Source of the DNA: an uncultured Prochlorococcus sp.
GTDB taxonomy: Bacteria > Cyanobacteriota > Cyanobacteriia > PCC-6307 > Cyanobiaceae
NCBI GenBank assembly: GCA_902535025.1
Contig: CACARV010000001.1
Span: 4,161-68,160, forward strand
Direction: 5' to 3'
Length of the DNA: 64,000 bases
The translations under genes were made by a program, and so were the position numbers. Of the stretch, positions 12,293-22,962 are shown in pieces. Position 1 is the first letter of the stretch; each line of letters opens with the position of its first letter. The notes under the pieces are model-generated. The model was not told the DNA's origin, searched no databases, and saw only the letters and a program-made list of their open reading frames with translations.

Positions 12293-12475
12293 ATGGAAAA
12301 TAAAAACGAAAATTTAGAAAAAAAAGTTCCTCCCCCTAGCTTTATTAAGCTTGCTATGCGAAATATGGTGAGGAAGGGTTCAAAAAGTATTTCTCATTTT
12401 TCAATAACCTTTCTAGTTTTAATTGGGGTATTAATACTTATAGCCATAATAGGCAAGCCCAATATTCCTGTATAA
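12293..12475 (+). CDS. Small cyanobacterial membrane protein (DUF3285-like)
   Basis: PSFIKLAMRNMVRKG motif followed by one TM helix; located between prfB and ybeY. Confidence 0.75.
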   Translation: MENKNENLEKKVPPPSFIKLAMRNMVRKGSKSISHFSITFLVLIGVLILIAIIGKPNIPV

Positions 12476-12481
12476 GAATTT

Positions 12482-13021
12482 ATGAAAGAAAAAGTTATTT
12501 CTGAAATAAATTTAGATTTGGTTTTTCAATGTAATGATTTTTCTAAATTTTCAAATAAGTTACAAGATACCAAAACAAAGCTTATTTTTGAACCTATTTT
12601 TTGGGAGAATGTTTTTTTATCTTGGATAAATATGATATTAAAAAAAGAGGATTATGTATTGCAAAATTTTATTGTTGAAAAAAAATCTTTTTCATTAGGT
12701 TTACAGATAATATCTAAAAAAGAAATTACTTCAATGAACAAGAAATGGATGCAAAAAAATGGTCCAACTGATGTTTTATCTTTTCCAATAATTTCAGATG
12801 AATCTTTAAATAATTTAGAACATATAGAATTGGGAGATATATTCATATCATTAGAGATTGCACTTGAGCAATCTTATGAATATAAACATTCAATCTATAG
12901 AGAGATGCTCTGGTTAGCTAGTCATGGGTTTTTACATCTTTTAGGATGGGAACATAATAATGATCTTGATTTAGAAAATATGCTAAATTTTCAGGAATAT
13001 TTAATAACTCGATTAGATTAA
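12482..13021 (+). CDS. ybeY: rRNA maturation endoribonuclease YbeY
   Basis: [26 protein letters not shown] zinc motif. Confidence 0.93.
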   Translation: MKEKVISEINLDLVFQCNDFSKFSNKLQDTKTKLIFEPIFWENVFLSWINMILKKEDYVLQNFIVEKKSFSLGLQIISKKEITSMNKKWMQKNGPTDVLSFPIISDESLNNLEHIELGDIFISLEIALEQSYEYKHSIYREMLWLASHGFLHLLGWEHNNDLDLENMLNFQEYLITRLD

Positions 13022-13027
13022 AAATCT

Positions 13028-13438
13028 ATGCAAAAAAATATAAACTCTTTAGAAAATAGAAAAGAATCATATAGAACTTCTAGTAATTTATCAGTTAGTT
13101 TTAAGTATGCATTCAGTGGAATTAGTTATGTATTAAAAACTTCAAGAAATTTTAAAATTCAATTAGTTTTTGCATTTACAATTTTAATAATTGGTTTTTT
13201 ACTGGAAATTAGTCTAAGTAATTATGTAGTTTTAATGGCCACAATTATGTCTGTTTTAATATTAGAAATATTAAATACATCTATTGAATCAATAGTTGAT
13301 TTAGTAGTGAAAAAAGAATTTAGTAGTTTGGCTAAAATTTCAAAAGATACTTCTGCAGGAGCAGTTTTATTAGCTTCCATTAATTCTGTTATTATTGCTG
13401 TACATATCTTTGTTCCTAAAATAAAGTTGTTATTTTAA
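13028..13438 (+). CDS. dgkA: Diacylglycerol/undecaprenol kinase (DgkA family)
   Basis: SFKYAFSGI, EILNTSIESIVD, KDTSAGAV. Confidence 0.88.
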   Translation: MQKNINSLENRKESYRTSSNLSVSFKYAFSGISYVLKTSRNFKIQLVFAFTILIIGFLLEISLSNYVVLMATIMSVLILEILNTSIESIVDLVVKKEFSSLAKISKDTSAGAVLLASINSVIIAVHIFVPKIKLLF

Positions 13439-13450
13439 ATCCATATAAAT

Positions 13451-14047
13451 ATGTTTCTTGTTATTGATAATTACGATAGTTTTACTTATAACCTTGTTCA
13501 ATATTTAGGAGAACTATCTTTTGAACATGAAATAACTAAAGATTTAATAGTTAAAAGAAATGATGAAATTACTTTAGAAGAAATTATTAAACTAAATCCC
13601 AGTGGGATCTTATTATCTCCAGGTCCTGGTAATCCAGATCAATCTGGGATTTGTCTGCCAATTCTAAAAAAATTATCTAAAAATATTCCAATATTAGGGG
13701 TTTGTTTAGGTCATCAAGCTCTAGCCCAAGCTTTTGGAGGCAAGGTATTAGTTGGCAAAGAACTTATGCATGGTAAGACATCCAAAATATTTCATAATCA
13801 AAAAGGATTGTTTAAAGATATCGAGACTCCATTTGTTGCGACAAGATACCATAGTCTTATAGTTGATTCAAGTTCTTTACCATCTTGTTTTGAGGTAACT
13901 GCGACTTTAGAAGACTCAACTATTATGGCAATTTCTCACAAAGAATATAAACATTTACATGGGGTTCAGTTTCATCCAGAAAGTGTCTTGACACAATTTG
14001 GTCATAAATTAATTAGTAATTTTTTAAAAATGGCTGAACAAAAGTAA
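13451..14047 (+). CDS. trpG: Anthranilate/aminodeoxychorismate synthase glutamine amidotransferase subunit
   Basis: IDNYDSFTYN, SPGPG, GVCLGHQ, RYHSL, QFHPES. Confidence 0.9.
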   Translation: MFLVIDNYDSFTYNLVQYLGELSFEHEITKDLIVKRNDEITLEEIIKLNPSGILLSPGPGNPDQSGICLPILKKLSKNIPILGVCLGHQALAQAFGGKVLVGKELMHGKTSKIFHNQKGLFKDIETPFVATRYHSLIVDSSSLPSCFEVTATLEDSTIMAISHKEYKHLHGVQFHPESVLTQFGHKLISNFLKMAEQK

Positions 14048-14066
14048 AATATAAAAAATTAATATT

Positions 14067-14792
14067 ATGATTTCTAAAACCAAAAACATTTTCTTTTTTA
14101 TATTATTAAGCTTTTTTCTACCTACCTCATTAATGGCAAGGAATTTAGAAATAAAAAGTTTAGGTCATAGTAGTTTTTTAATTAATAGTAAAGAAAAATC
14201 AATAATAATTAATCCTTTTAAGGCAGTAGGTTGTGCGAGTAATTTAAGGGAGCCAAAAGAATTTGACGTAGATTTTATTTTGGCTAGTTCTAGGCTTCAA
14301 GATGAGGGGTATAATCCAAATGATCAACTAATGTTTGTTGAACCAGGAATCTATCAATTTGATGATATCGTATTAAATGGAATTTCTGTTCCCCATGACA
14401 GAGTGGGTGGAAGAAGATTTGGCATGGCAACTGTTTGGGTTTGGGAGCAAAATAATCTAAAAATTGTTCATATGGGAGGAGCTGCTGGTGATATTGAGAT
14501 TGATAGCCAAATTATTTTGTCTCGCCCAGATATCTTATTTATTTCAATTGGAGGAGGAGTAAAATCTTATAATGGAGAAGAAGCTTCAAGAATCGTTAAG
14601 AAATTAAATCCTAATGTAGTTATACCTGTTCACTATGCACGTGGTAAACAAATTAATAAAGAATGTGATTTCTCAAATGCTGATTTATTTATCGAAAATA
14701 TGAAAGATTTTAAAGTAAAGTATGTTGGAAAAGATTTGCAAATAAAACCTAAAAGAATCGATCAAAATACAATTTATATTTTCGGTAATTAA
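14067..14792 (+). CDS. Metallo-beta-lactamase-fold protein with signal peptide, degenerate metal site
   Basis: LGHSSFLI start of MBL fold, PHDR, HMGG, IPVHY; hydrophobic N-terminus. Confidence 0.75.
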   Translation: MISKTKNIFFFILLSFFLPTSLMARNLEIKSLGHSSFLINSKEKSIIINPFKAVGCASNLREPKEFDVDFILASSRLQDEGYNPNDQLMFVEPGIYQFDDIVLNGISVPHDRVGGRRFGMATVWVWEQNNLKIVHMGGAAGDIEIDSQIILSRPDILFISIGGGVKSYNGEEASRIVKKLNPNVVIPVHYARGKQINKECDFSNADLFIENMKDFKVKYVGKDLQIKPKRIDQNTIYIFGN

Positions 14793-15901
14793 TTTATTAA
14801 ATCTAATTCTTTATAACTATCCCAGAAAAAATTCATTTGTTCTTTGTTTCCAATGCTAACCCTTATTGACTTACCAATATCTTTTTTATTTTCCATACTT
14901 CTAATAAGAATTCCTTTTTCTCTCATCTGTTCTATTAAAATTTTAGGATCTTTTTTCGGCCAAAGTAAGAAATAATTACCTCCACTAAAGTGAGTTCTGA
15001 TTTGTGTTGATTTAAATTGATTTAAAATCCATTCCCTTGCTTTTTTTACTTCCAAAACATAATTATCAATATATGATTTGTCTTTAAGTGCTTCTAAAGC
15101 AGCTGTTATGGCAAAGCTATTTACATCATATGGTCCCGTAACTTTATTAATGTATTGAATTAAAATTTTATTACCAAAAGAAAAACCTATTCTTAAACCA
15201 GCTAAACCTGCTGTTTTTGAAAGAGATTGAATTATTATTATATTATTGTGTTTTTCAAAATCTATTGATTCAAGAAGACTATCTCCGTAAAATTTTTCAT
15301 ATAGTTCATCAACAACTATCACTGAATCTTGATTAATATTAGCCAACTCAATTATCTCTTGAGCATTTAAGACCGTTCCAGTTGGATTATTTGGATTGCA
15401 AATAAATACTATCTTTGGATTATGTTGAATAATTTTTTCCTTGAATTCTTCTATCGGGAAAAGAAAATTTTCTCCTAAGTAAGAACATGTTATTTTCCTC
15501 ATTCCTCTCATTTCTGAACAGGGAGAATAGTAACCAAAAGTTGGATTTGTGGTTAGAAAAACTTGATCTTTTTCTCCAAAGCAATTAAAAATTGAATTTA
15601 TTGCAGCATCTGCTCCATTAAAAATTCCTATTTCATTAATATCAAATTTTCTTGAATCAAGATATTTATCAGATAAAAAATTTTTTAATAAATTATATTC
15701 TGGATAAATTGAAATTTCATCTAACTTTATTGCTTGTAATGCCTCTAAAACCTTAGGACTGGGTCCTAGAGTATTTTCGTTAAAGTCTAAGCGAAGTAAA
15801 TTTCTTCTATTTTCTAAAGGTGCTGAGTAAGTCTGCATATTCATTATTTCTTCTCTTGGTTTTGGGAAAAGATTATTTAATTTATTTGAGTAATTCATCA
15901 C
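14789..15901 (-). CDS. hisC: Histidinol-phosphate aminotransferase
   Basis: [34 protein letters not shown]. Confidence 0.85.
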   Translation of the reverse strand: MMNYSNKLNNLFPKPREEIMNMQTYSAPLENRRNLLRLDFNENTLGPSPKVLEALQAIKLDEISIYPEYNLLKNFLSDKYLDSRKFDINEIGIFNGADAAINSIFNCFGEKDQVFLTTNPTFGYYSPCSEMRGMRKITCSYLGENFLFPIEEFKEKIIQHNPKIVFICNPNNPTGTVLNAQEIIELANINQDSVIVVDELYEKFYGDSLLESIDFEKHNNIIIIQSLSKTAGLAGLRIGFSFGNKILIQYINKVTGPYDVNSFAITAALEALKDKSYIDNYVLEVKKAREWILNQFKSTQIRTHFSGGNYFLLWPKKDPKILIEQMREKGILIRSMENKKDIGKSIRVSIGNKEQMNFFWDSYKELDLIN

Positions 15902-17712
15902 ATTCTTTCTAAAGTTTCAATTCCAAGAAGATCTAAGCTTAATTTTAGTGTTTTTGCAGTGAGGTCACATAAATTAAGTCTAGAAATTTTTTTATTTTTT
16001 TCTTCTTTGAGGATTGGCACTTGATCATAGAATCTATTAAAAGTTTGACATAGCTCAAATAGATAATTACAAAGTCTATTTGGCATTAAATCTTTTTCAA
16101 TAGAAATTATAACTTCATCGAATTTAAGTAATTTTTTGATTAGTTTCCATTCAGATTCATGCTCATAATTTATGGATTCCAAATCTTTAAAATCATAAAC
16201 AAAATCGTTTTTTCTTTTAATTCCTGAAATTCTTACAAATGTATATAGTAAATAAGGAGCAGTATTGCCATTTAGAGAAAGCATTTTATCAAAACTAAAT
16301 TGATAATTAGTAATCCTATTTTGACTTAAATCTGCATACTTAACAGCTCCCAATCCAATTATTTTTGAAGTATTTGCAATGAATTCTTCTGTCTCAAAGC
16401 GATTTTCATCTTTTAATCTTTTCAATAAATCTTCTTTAGCTCTTCTAACCGCCTCTTTTAATAAATCTTTTAGACGTATTGTTTCACCTTCTCTTGTTTT
16501 AAGTTTTTTGCCATCAATTCCTTGAACTAAACCAAAAGGCACATGGTCTACTTGACACTTATCTGGGATCCATTTTGCTTTTTTTGCAACTTGAAAAACT
16601 CCAGCAAAATGATTTGCTTGTCCATGATCAGTTACATAAATAATTCTAGAAGCATTATCACCCTTAGGAAGGTTATTGAATCTATATCTTATAGCAGCAA
16701 GATCTGTGGTGGCATAATTAAAACCGCCATCTTTTTTTTGGATAATTAGCGGTAAAGGTTTGCCTTCTTTATTAGTCATCCCATCTAAAAATACACATTT
16801 TGCTCCTTTATCTTCTACTAGTATTTTTTTAAAATTTAAATCCTCAATAACTGACTTTAAGAAGGGATTATAAAAAGATTCACCCCTTTCTTTTATTTTT
16901 ATTCTTAAATTTTTATAGATTTCATTAAATTCTTTTCTCGATTGATCGCATAATAATTTCCAGGCTTGAATCGACTTACTATCTCCACTTTGTAACTTTA
17001 CTACTTCCTCTCTTGATCTTTTTTGGAATTCAGATTCATTATCAAATCTTTTTTTAGATGCTTTATAAAATTCAACTAAATCACTTATCTTGATTTTTCC
17101 TATTTCTTCTAAATCATTTGAATATAAATCTTTAAGTTGGGTAATAAGCATTCCAAATTGTGTTCCCCAATCACCAACATGATTTAGTCTTAATACTTCA
17201 TAACCTCTTAACTCGAAGATTCTGGATATTGAGTCCCCTATTATTGTTGATCTTAAATGCCCTACATGCATTTCTTTAGCAATATTTGGACTAGAAAAAT
17301 CTACGATAACTTTATTAGATAAGCTACTATCTAATCCTTTTTTAATAAGAGGCACGCCAGCCCTTTGGCATTGAATATTCGATTTGATTGCATTTATTAG
17401 AACTTCATCTTTTAATTTTATATTTATAAATCCAGGTCCAGCTATTTCAAGACTCTTACATAATTTTGATGTGCCTTTATTTTTACTTAAAATTTTAACA
17501 AATTCATTAGAGATCTCTATTGGTTTTTTTTTGTATATTTTAGCTAAACTTAGACAAACATTACATTGATAATCACCAAACTCTTCTTTTGATGATTGTG
17601 TAATTAAATTTTTTCTAAGATTTCCGAACTCTTCTTTTTTATTATTTTTTTCAAGACTATCTAAAAGAGATTGTTCAAAATGTTTTGTTAATTCTTTAAA
17701 AATGATTATCAT
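15898..17712 (-). CDS. argS: Arginyl-tRNA synthetase
   Basis: [33 protein letters not shown]-terminal LERM. Confidence 0.97.
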   Translation of the reverse strand: MIIIFKELTKHFEQSLLDSLEKNNKKEEFGNLRKNLITQSSKEEFGDYQCNVCLSLAKIYKKKPIEISNEFVKILSKNKGTSKLCKSLEIAGPGFINIKLKDEVLINAIKSNIQCQRAGVPLIKKGLDSSLSNKVIVDFSSPNIAKEMHVGHLRSTIIGDSISRIFELRGYEVLRLNHVGDWGTQFGMLITQLKDLYSNDLEEIGKIKISDLVEFYKASKKRFDNESEFQKRSREEVVKLQSGDSKSIQAWKLLCDQSRKEFNEIYKNLRIKIKERGESFYNPFLKSVIEDLNFKKILVEDKGAKCVFLDGMTNKEGKPLPLIIQKKDGGFNYATTDLAAIRYRFNNLPKGDNASRIIYVTDHGQANHFAGVFQVAKKAKWIPDKCQVDHVPFGLVQGIDGKKLKTREGETIRLKDLLKEAVRRAKEDLLKRLKDENRFETEEFIANTSKIIGLGAVKYADLSQNRITNYQFSFDKMLSLNGNTAPYLLYTFVRISGIKRKNDFVYDFKDLESINYEHESEWKLIKKLLKFDEVIISIEKDLMPNRLCNYLFELCQTFNRFYDQVPILKEEKNKKISRLNLCDLTAKTLKLSLDLLGIETLERM

Positions 17713-17739
17713 TAATTATTCAATTATTTGTCTATATAG

Positions 17740-18606
17740 TTAACTAATATAACGCATACTTAAATCAATCCAATTACTTTTGGTAATTGAAGAACTTGTT
17801 GAAATCAAATCAATACCTTTTATAAGATATTTACTAATTTCTTTGGGGTTTATTCCAGAAACTTCTATTATTAAATTTTTATTGACTTCTTTTTTTAAGC
17901 TATTAATTGATAAATCTTTTAATTCTTGAACGTTTTTTTTGATTGTTTCAGGGCTAAGTTCATCTAATAAGACACTATCTGCTCCTGCTAATACTGCTTC
18001 TTTTGCCTGAGCTATATTTTCGGCTTCAATTATGATATGAGTTGTAAAAGGTGAATTTAGTCGAATTTTTTTTACTGCATTTTTGAGATTATCTGTCCAT
18101 GCAATATGATTTTCTTTTATCATTGCGGCATCGTATAATCCCATTCTATGATTCACTCCACCTCCGCATTTGAATGCATATTTTTCAAATATTCTTAAAC
18201 CAGGAGTTGTTTTTCTAGTATCTGCTAATTTGATATTTGTTCCTTCTAACTTATTTACAAGATTTTTTGTGTATGTTGCTATTCCAGATAAATGCATTGC
18301 TATATTTAAGCTGATCCTTTCGCTAGCGAGCAAACTTTTTGAAGGTCCATATATTTCTAGGAGTTTTTGATTTTTAACAAATTTTTCTCCATCCGAGATA
18401 TGAAATTGCGAACTAATTTTTAAATCAATTTTTTTATAAATTTCTTTTATAATTTCAACACCGCAAAATATACCTTCTTCTTTTGCAATCCAATATGCAT
18501 TACCATTCTCTTCTGTAATAGAGGAACTTGTTAGATCTCCCCTACCTATATCTTCATCGATCCAATTATCAATGATCTTACTTATTATTAGAGTATTTAA
18601 ATCCAC
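17740..18606 (-). CDS. nadC: Nicotinate-nucleotide pyrophosphorylase (carboxylating)
   Basis: EDIGRGDLT, DTRKTTPGLR, NHRMGLYD, IKENH. Confidence 0.95.
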   Translation of the reverse strand: MDLNTLIISKIIDNWIDEDIGRGDLTSSSITEENGNAYWIAKEEGIFCGVEIIKEIYKKIDLKISSQFHISDGEKFVKNQKLLEIYGPSKSLLASERISLNIAMHLSGIATYTKNLVNKLEGTNIKLADTRKTTPGLRIFEKYAFKCGGGVNHRMGLYDAAMIKENHIAWTDNLKNAVKKIRLNSPFTTHIIIEAENIAQAKEAVLAGADSVLLDELSPETIKKNVQELKDLSINSLKKEVNKNLIIEVSGINPKEISKYLIKGIDLISTSSSITKSNWIDLSMRYIS

Positions 18607-18687
18607 TAAACTAAAAATAATTAATTAATAAAAATTCAACTGAAGTTAGAGAATTAACTATATAACACTCTGTAATTTAACTCAAAT

Positions 18688-20070
18688 TTATTTACCGATA
18701 CAAAACTTGGAAAAAATATTTTCTAGAAGTTCTTCTGTTAATTCTTGACCGCTTATTTTAGATAAATTTTGAATACTATCTCTGAGTTCTATTGATAACA
18801 AATCAAATGGTAATCTATTTTTAATTATTTCATCAGTATCATTTAAATTAGATAGGCAAGCAGATAAATTAGTTAGATGTCTTTCGTTTAAAAATATATT
18901 TATGTTACCTAATTGTTTTAATCCGCATTTTTTTATAATTGTGTCGATTAATAATTTTTCGCCATCATTATTTTTAATGCTCATAAAAATTGTGTTTTCT
19001 AACATATTTGGATTAATATTTTGTGAATCAATTAAATCTTTTTTATTTCCTAAAATAGTAATTAATTTTTCTTTAGGTATTTCTTTTATTATCTTTTCGT
19101 CTTCTTCATTAAATCCTTCTTCGAGACTATAAAGATAAATTATAAAATCTGACTCTTTAATTTTCCCAAAACTTTTTTTAATCCCAATACTTTCAATTTG
19201 TTCCTGAGTTTTTCTTATGCCAGCAGTGTCAATTATTTTCATTGAAATGTCATTAATAGTTAAATTCACCTCAATAACATCTCTTGTTGTTCCAGGAATA
19301 TTAGTGACGATAGCCTTCTCTTTTTTGGCAAGTAAATTTAGTAATGAACTTTTCCCAACATTTGTTTTGCCTATAAGCGCAATGGATATTCCATTATGAA
19401 TATATGAATTTCTTTTTGCATTTTCTATGAGTAATTTTATTTTCTCTTTTACTTTTTTTATGTTTTTTTGATATTTTGTGTAATCAAAATCTGTAAAGTC
19501 TTCTTCAAAATCAACTCTCGCTTCTATCTCGCAAAGTTCATTTATAAGGTCATTTTTTATATCATCAATTTTTTTCTTTATCTCTCCTTGAACCCCGCTA
19601 AAAGCTAACTCAGCTGATCTGTTATTGCTTGCGTTAATCAATTGATTAATTGACTCGGCTTGAGTAAGATCTATTTTCCCATTGAGAAAAGCTCTTTGAC
19701 TAAATTCTCCTGGATTTGCAAGTCTAACTTTAGAATTAACAGACAATAATAGTTTAAGAACTTTATTTACTAAAATAATTCCGCCATGACAATGTAGTTC
19801 AACAACATCTTCCCCAGTGAAGCTATTGGGTGATTTCATTACTAAAATTAAAATCTCATCTATAAAACTATTTTTTTTATTTTTCTGAATAAAACCGTGA
19901 AAAACTCTATGTGATTCCCATGCATATTTAGATTTAGTTTGAACAATCTTTTTGCAAGAATTTATTGAGTCTTTCCCTGATACTCTTATTATCGCAACGC
20001 CTCCTTTCCCTATGCTTATAGCTGAAGCAATTGCTGCTATCGTATCTTCTGTAGTAACTATAGAATCCAT
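18688..20070 (-). CDS. mnmE: tRNA modification GTPase MnmE
   Basis: [35 protein letters not shown]-terminal FCIGK. Confidence 0.96.
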   Translation of the reverse strand: MDSIVTTEDTIAAIASAISIGKGGVAIIRVSGKDSINSCKKIVQTKSKYAWESHRVFHGFIQKNKKNSFIDEILILVMKSPNSFTGEDVVELHCHGGIILVNKVLKLLLSVNSKVRLANPGEFSQRAFLNGKIDLTQAESINQLINASNNRSAELAFSGVQGEIKKKIDDIKNDLINELCEIEARVDFEEDFTDFDYTKYQKNIKKVKEKIKLLIENAKRNSYIHNGISIALIGKTNVGKSSLLNLLAKKEKAIVTNIPGTTRDVIEVNLTINDISMKIIDTAGIRKTQEQIESIGIKKSFGKIKESDFIIYLYSLEEGFNEEDEKIIKEIPKEKLITILGNKKDLIDSQNINPNMLENTIFMSIKNNDGEKLLIDTIIKKCGLKQLGNINIFLNERHLTNLSACLSNLNDTDEIIKNRLPFDLLSIELRDSIQNLSKISGQELTEELLENIFSKFCIGK

Positions 20071-20134
20071 CTCTCGCTTTGTTATAGATAATTGAGTAAA
20101 ATTATCAAGAATTTAATTTTGAATTTTTTTCTGA

Positions 20135-20578
20135 ATGAGATCTAAAAAAGATATTAGCTTTAAAAAAATTCTATCATTATTTAGGCATCAGAATGGGAGT
20201 CCTTTCTTTAATGCCAAAGGTTTAGCTATAGGTGTCTTTAGTGGTTGCTTTCCTTTTTTTGGCTTTCAAACTTTAATAGGGGTATTTTTTGCGAAACTAG
20301 CTAAGGGAAATATTATTCTAGCTGCACTTGGTACTTGGATCAGCAACCCATTTACTTATGTTCCACTTTATTATTTCAACTATAAAGTTGGTTCTATTTT
20401 TTTAAATACCTCTTCTAGTGAAAATATTGAAAAAAGTCTTGTTATTCATGACTTATGGAAACAAGGTAGAATTTTTTCACTAAAGTTACTATTAGGTTCA
20501 TCTTGTGTTGGCTTGTTATTAGCTTTGATATGTGGAAGTATGATTTTCTTAATTTATAAAATAAAAATTAAAAGATAG
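20135..20578 (+). CDS. DUF2062-like membrane protein
   Basis: AKGLAIGVFSGCFPFFGFQT and TWISNPFTYVP motifs, hydrophobic. Confidence 0.75.
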   Translation: MRSKKDISFKKILSLFRHQNGSPFFNAKGLAIGVFSGCFPFFGFQTLIGVFFAKLAKGNIILAALGTWISNPFTYVPLYYFNYKVGSIFLNTSSSENIEKSLVIHDLWKQGRIFSLKLLLGSSCVGLLLALICGSMIFLIYKIKIKR

Positions 20579-20597
20579 ATTTATCTGATTTTTAAAA

Positions 20598-22907
20598 TTA
20601 CATTTGTCCAACTCTGGCAATATCTATAACATCTGCCATTGATTTAATTTGGTCGATAGTTTTGTTTAGTTGATTATAACTTTCTATACCTACACAGAGA
20701 TTTATAATAGCTGGTTTACCATAAGCAGTTTTAACATTGGCATCGCTAACGTTAATACCTTTATCAGATAACCTCATTAAAATGTCTTTAAGAACTCCAA
20801 CCCTATCAATCACTTCTATTCGCAGCTGAATTGGAAATTTATTATCGCGAGTTTTATTATCTTGATTCCATCCAACAGGTAATCTTCTTTCTATTGGAAT
20901 TGGCATAACATTTTCACAATCTGACCTATGAATGGTTATCCCATGGTTACCAAGCGACACGGTTCCGACGATATCTTCTCCTGGGAGTGGAGTGCAGCAT
21001 TTGCCTATTCTGTAATCAAGACCTTCTATCCCAGAAATTGGCGATTTAGTCGTTGTATGGGGTTTTTTAGTGGTTAAATTACTATTACTTTTAAGGGATT
21101 TTGCTATTTCAGAATCAGAATTATTTTTTATATCTTCCGTCTGTAATTTTATTTCTTCTCTTAGTCTGTTTAATACTTGATGTAAAGTTAAACCACCAAA
21201 ACCAAGCGATGCCAAGAGATCTTCCGTATTTTTTAAATTGCATCGATTAGCAACTTTTTTCATGGCATCACTAGAAAGTAATGTTTCAAAACCGTTTTTA
21301 CCTAATTCTTTTTCGAGTAATTCTCTACCTCTTTTGATTGTTTCATCTCTGTGGCTTTTCTTATACCACTGACGAATTCTATTTTTTGCAGTTGGCGTAA
21401 CTACAAAGTTCAGCCAATCCAAACTTGGGGTAGCATTATTATTTGTCAAAATTTCTATGAAGTCCCCATTTTGTAGTGATGTAGACAATGGAGAAAGTTT
21501 TTCATTAATTCTTATTCCATTACAGTGATTTCCAACTTCAGAATGAATTCTGTAGGCGAAATCTATTGCAGTAGATCCTTTTCTTAAACCAACAACATCT
21601 CCTTTAGGAGTGATTACAAATACTTCTTCATCAAATAAATCTTCTTTAATTGAAGCTAAATAATCATTGTGATCACTTTCATTACCTTCTTGTTGCCATT
21701 CGACTAGTTGTCTTAGCCAATTAAATCTTTCAGCATTGCTTTTAGCAGGAGAACCACCCTCTTTATATTGCCAATGCGCAGCAATTCCATATTCTGCAAT
21801 TTGATGCATGGCAGTAGTTCTAATTTGAACTTCAATAGGTCGATGTCGTCCAATCACTGAAGTATGTAAGGACTGATATCCATTGGGTTTTGGTAAACCT
21901 ATATAGTCTTTAAATCTTCCAGGAATTGGTTTGAAAGTATCATGTACAACCGCTAAAGCTCTATAACAACTATCTGAATTATCAACGATAATTCTTAGAG
22001 CAGCAACATCATAAATTTCATGAAACTGTTTTTGCTGTCTTTTCATTTTGCTCCAGATGCCATAGAGATGTTTCGGTCTTCCAGATATTTCAAAGTTTTT
22101 TAAACCCGCTGAAACTAAGTTTTCTTTCATAAGATTCAGGGTTACTTTTAACCTTTTTTCTCTATCACTTCTTTTAACAGCTATTTGATCTTTTAGATCT
22201 TGATATTCTTTAGGCTCCAGAAATTTAAATGCTAAATCTTCTAATTCCCATTTAAATCTATTTATTCCTAATCGATTGGCTAAAGGGGCATAAATCTCTC
22301 TTGTTTCTCTCGCTATTCTTTGTTTTCTCTCATCATTCAGCCATTCAATTGTCCTCATGTTGTGAAGTCGATCTGCGAGTTTGACTAAAACAACTCTTAT
22401 ATCGCTAGCCATAGCCATAAACATTTTTCTAAGATTTTCAGCTTGTGCTTCAGTCCTGTTATTAAAGTGAATTCCTCCTAATTTTGTTACACCCTCCACA
22501 AGTATTTTTACTTCTAATCCAAAATCTGCTTCTATTTCCGATAAATTAATCCCTGTATCTTCAACAACATCATGTAAAAGTCCTGCAGCAATAACAGATG
22601 AACTAGCCCCTATTTCTTTTAGAAGATTTGCAACAGCTACTGGGTGAACAATATAAGGTTCACCACTGGCACGAAGTTGTCCTGAATGAGCTTTGTAGGC
22701 AAGTTTAAAGGCCTTTACAATAAGGTTTTGATTCTCATCGTTTATTTTATTTGATTTATCGTAATTTTTAATATCTTTAAAAAGCCAATCGGGGATTTTT
22801 ATCTCATAATTCAAAGATGCACTTTCATATACTTTATTTTCGGGCAAAATAGTTTTAGTATCTTCAAATTCTTTTTTTTCTTTTGAATTTGCAGCTGCCT
22901 CAGACAT
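20598..22907 (-). CDS. relA: Bifunctional (p)ppGpp synthetase/hydrolase
   Basis: HD domain LHDVVEDT, synthetase RFKDYI/NGYQSLH, TGS and ACT domains. Confidence 0.95.
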   Translation of the reverse strand: MSEAAANSKEKKEFEDTKTILPENKVYESASLNYEIKIPDWLFKDIKNYDKSNKINDENQNLIVKAFKLAYKAHSGQLRASGEPYIVHPVAVANLLKEIGASSSVIAAGLLHDVVEDTGINLSEIEADFGLEVKILVEGVTKLGGIHFNNRTEAQAENLRKMFMAMASDIRVVLVKLADRLHNMRTIEWLNDERKQRIARETREIYAPLANRLGINRFKWELEDLAFKFLEPKEYQDLKDQIAVKRSDREKRLKVTLNLMKENLVSAGLKNFEISGRPKHLYGIWSKMKRQQKQFHEIYDVAALRIIVDNSDSCYRALAVVHDTFKPIPGRFKDYIGLPKPNGYQSLHTSVIGRHRPIEVQIRTTAMHQIAEYGIAAHWQYKEGGSPAKSNAERFNWLRQLVEWQQEGNESDHNDYLASIKEDLFDEEVFVITPKGDVVGLRKGSTAIDFAYRIHSEVGNHCNGIRINEKLSPLSTSLQNGDFIEILTNNNATPSLDWLNFVVTPTAKNRIRQWYKKSHRDETIKRGRELLEKELGKNGFETLLSSDAMKKVANRCNLKNTEDLLASLGFGGLTLHQVLNRLREEIKLQTEDIKNNSDSEIAKSLKSNSNLTTKKPHTTTKSPISGIEGLDYRIGKCCTPLPGEDIVGTVSLGNHGITIHRSDCENVMPIPIERRLPVGWNQDNKTRDNKFPIQLRIEVIDRVGVLKDILMRLSDKGINVSDANVKTAYGKPAIINLCVGIESYNQLNKTIDQIKSMADVIDIARVGQM

Positions 22908-22962
22908 TTTATATTGCTTTAAATTTATTTTATTTAGGACTAGAAAAATTTGCTATAAAATT

